Assembly: GCA_001805165.1 (NCBI GenBank) | Contig: MHEI01000088.1 | Span: 1-45,195, forward strand | Reading direction: 5' to 3' | DNA from: Nitrospirae bacterium RBG_16_43_11 | Lineage (GTDB): Bacteria; Nitrospirota; 9FT-COMBO-42-15; HDB-SIOI813 | Length of the DNA stretch: 45,195 nt | Shown: piece by piece, positions 44,138-45,195 of the stretch | How the letters are laid out: the number at the start of each line of letters is the position of its first letter | How positions within the stretch are numbered: the stretch's first letter is position 1 | The notes under the pieces: model-generated | Database searches by the model: none | What the model saw: only the letters and a program-made list of their open reading frames with translations | Told to the model about the DNA's origin: nothing | Translations under genes and position numbers: made by a program

Positions 44138-45195
44138 AATCAGAGTTGCCATACTTGGTACAAAAGGTTTTCCTGATGTCCAGGGCGGCATTGAGATGCA
44201 CTGCCAGGAGTTGTACCGCAGGCTTGCATCAATGGGGTGCAGGATACGTGTTTATGCAAGAAAAGGATACGTAAAACCGGAGACGATTGTTTTTAATGGT
44301 GTTGAGATATTTCCAATCTGGACCCCCAGGAGAAAAAATATAGAGGCTATTGTGCATACCTTTTTGGGTGCTCTGCATATCGGCCTTCACAAAAGGAGTT
44401 TTGATTTAGTTCACATACATGCAGTTGGGCCGTCGCTGTTGACACCGGTTCTAAGGTTGTTTGGTCTGAAAGTTATTGTCACCAATCACGGACCGGATTA
44501 TGACAGGCAAAAGTGGGGATATTTTGCAAAGATGATATTGCGTCTTGGTGAGTTGATTGGTACCCGTTATGCAACGGCTGTTATTGCGGTTTCGCGACAT
44601 ATTAAAAAAACACTCGAGGAGAAATATGGCAGGGATGTTTTTTATATTCCTAATGGGGTAACGATGCATGATAAATCAGCGCCTGGCGTTGTTATGCGGA
44701 AGTATGATTTGCAAGAAAGGAAATATATCCTTGCTGTTGGAAGGATTGTAAGAGAGAAGGGTTTTCATGACATTATTTCTGCCTTTTCAGATATTGACAC
44801 TGACTTGAAGCTTGTAATAGCAGGCGGCGCTGACCATGAGGACAATTACACCAGGGAGTTAAAGGAAAGGGCAAACAGAGACAGGCGTATTGTGATGACA
44901 GGTGTAATGAGTTCGGAAGCCCTGTCAGAACTATACTCCAATGCAGCACTATTTGTGTCATCATCATATATCGAGGGTCTGCCTATTACTGTTCTTGAGG
45001 CCATGAGCTTCGGACTTCCTGTTCTTATCAGCAGGATACCAGCCCATATGGAGTTAATAGATGACGAAAGCCTTGCATTTAATCCCGGGGACATGGAATT
45101 GCTCAGGGATAAACTCCGGGAATTCAGTAATATGCTTCCCGTAACGGGGGGGAGGGCCTCCAGTATTGAATTTGTTCAGAATGAGTTCGACTGGG
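44130..45195 (+). CDS. GT-B fold glycosyltransferase, family 4-like (3' end beyond the window; not in the ORF track)
   Basis: Hand translation from ATG 44130: MDEIRVAILGTKGFPDVQGGIEMHCQELYRRLASMGCRIRVYARKGY ... 'SSSYIEGLPITVLEAMSFGLPVLISRIP'. The frame is open to the window end. Overlaps the radical SAM stop by 8 nt. Confidence 0.8.
   Translation, partial: MDEIRVAILGTKGFPDVQGGIEMHCQELYRRLASMGCRIRVYARKGYVKPETIVFNGVEIFPIWTPRRKNIEAIVHTFLGALHIGLHKRSFDLVHIHAVGPSLLTPVLRLFGLKVIVTNHGPDYDRQKWGYFAKMILRLGELIGTRYATAVIAVSRHIKKTLEEKYGRDVFYIPNGVTMHDKSAPGVVMRKYDLQERKYILAVGRIVREKGFHDIISAFSDIDTDLKLVIAGGADHEDNYTRELKERANRDRRIVMTGVMSSEALSELYSNAALFVSSSYIEGLPITVLEAMSFGLPVLISRIPAHMELIDDESLAFNPGDMELLRDKLREFSNMLPVTGGRASSIEFVQNEFDW

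Noticed and set aside
1702-44191. Numerous 60-190-aa ORFs in the supplied track that lie antisense to or nested within the long genes (e.g. 1702-1902, 1805-2089, 2292-2693, 5443-5832, 5573-6148, 15655-16020, 17745-18152, 29093-29461, 40029-40427, 43682-44191).
   Set aside because: Each is fully contained in, and opposite or out of frame to, a long ORF with clear family motifs. Their translations are low-complexity or Cys/Arg/Ser-rich with no recognisable motifs, no RBS and no coupling to neighbours. They are typical shadow ORFs.
1-45195. Scan for tRNA/rRNA, CRISPR arrays, IS elements, integrases, toxin-antitoxin or defence genes.
   Set aside because: There is no regularly spaced repeat array, no transposase, integrase or recombinase motifs, and no inverted terminal repeats. 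The intergenic spaces are too short (mostly under 20 nt; the longest are 80, 77, 131, 140 and 50 nt) to hold structured RNA genes of known types.

Overview
The window is one densely packed surface-glycan (EPS, capsule or O-antigen type) biosynthesis, modification and export island from a visibly AT-rich diderm bacterium. GC content was not computed. I call about 43 protein genes and found no rRNA, tRNA, CRISPR array, transposase or integrase by eye.

Layout:
(1) 64-1166 (+): a GT2-like fragment and a truncated SGNH-like ORF.
(2) 9667 down to 1163 (-): gmd, GT2, GT4, cupin, DegT-type aminotransferase, a DUF5989-like micro-ORF missing from the ORF track, an SxtJ-like membrane protein, a NodU/CmcH carbamoyltransferase and an SGNH esterase/acyltransferase.
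(3) 9748-20493 (+): three polyprenyl-phosphate-sugar-synthase-like GT2s, DUF2304, two GT-C (PMT/ArnT-like) enzymes, an epimerase-methyltransferase fusion, a GT-B enzyme and a UPF0104 flippase-like protein.
(4) 21458 down to 20571 (-): a fourth GtrB/ArnC-like GT2.
(5) 21590-24799 (+): an 18-blade NHL-repeat lipoprotein.
(6) 24940 to the window end (+): a translationally coupled block of more than 20 kb. It encodes an OM beta-barrel, a secreted 14-residue-repeat protein, a FecR-domain protein, Wza, Wzc, a PHP-type Tyr phosphatase, an O-antigen-ligase-like protein, a TPR protein, Wzx, sulfotransferase 1, a Tat-signal TIM-barrel hydrolase-like protein, a Wzy-like protein, a methyltransferase, an AsnB-type amidotransferase, GT4, sulfotransferase 2, a radical SAM/twitch enzyme and a partial GT4.

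Most interesting points:
- Predicted chemistry combining carbamoylation, sulfation, methylation, amidation and an amino-deoxyhexose.
- An oversized lipid-linked extracytoplasmic glycosylation module beside a giant NHL lipoprotein.
- An uncharacterised OMP / repeat-protein / FecR trio leading the export operon.
- A shared TGgTATAT(t/c)TATTGC motif upstream of two operon starts.

All family assignments rest on motif recognition by eye, not on database searches.
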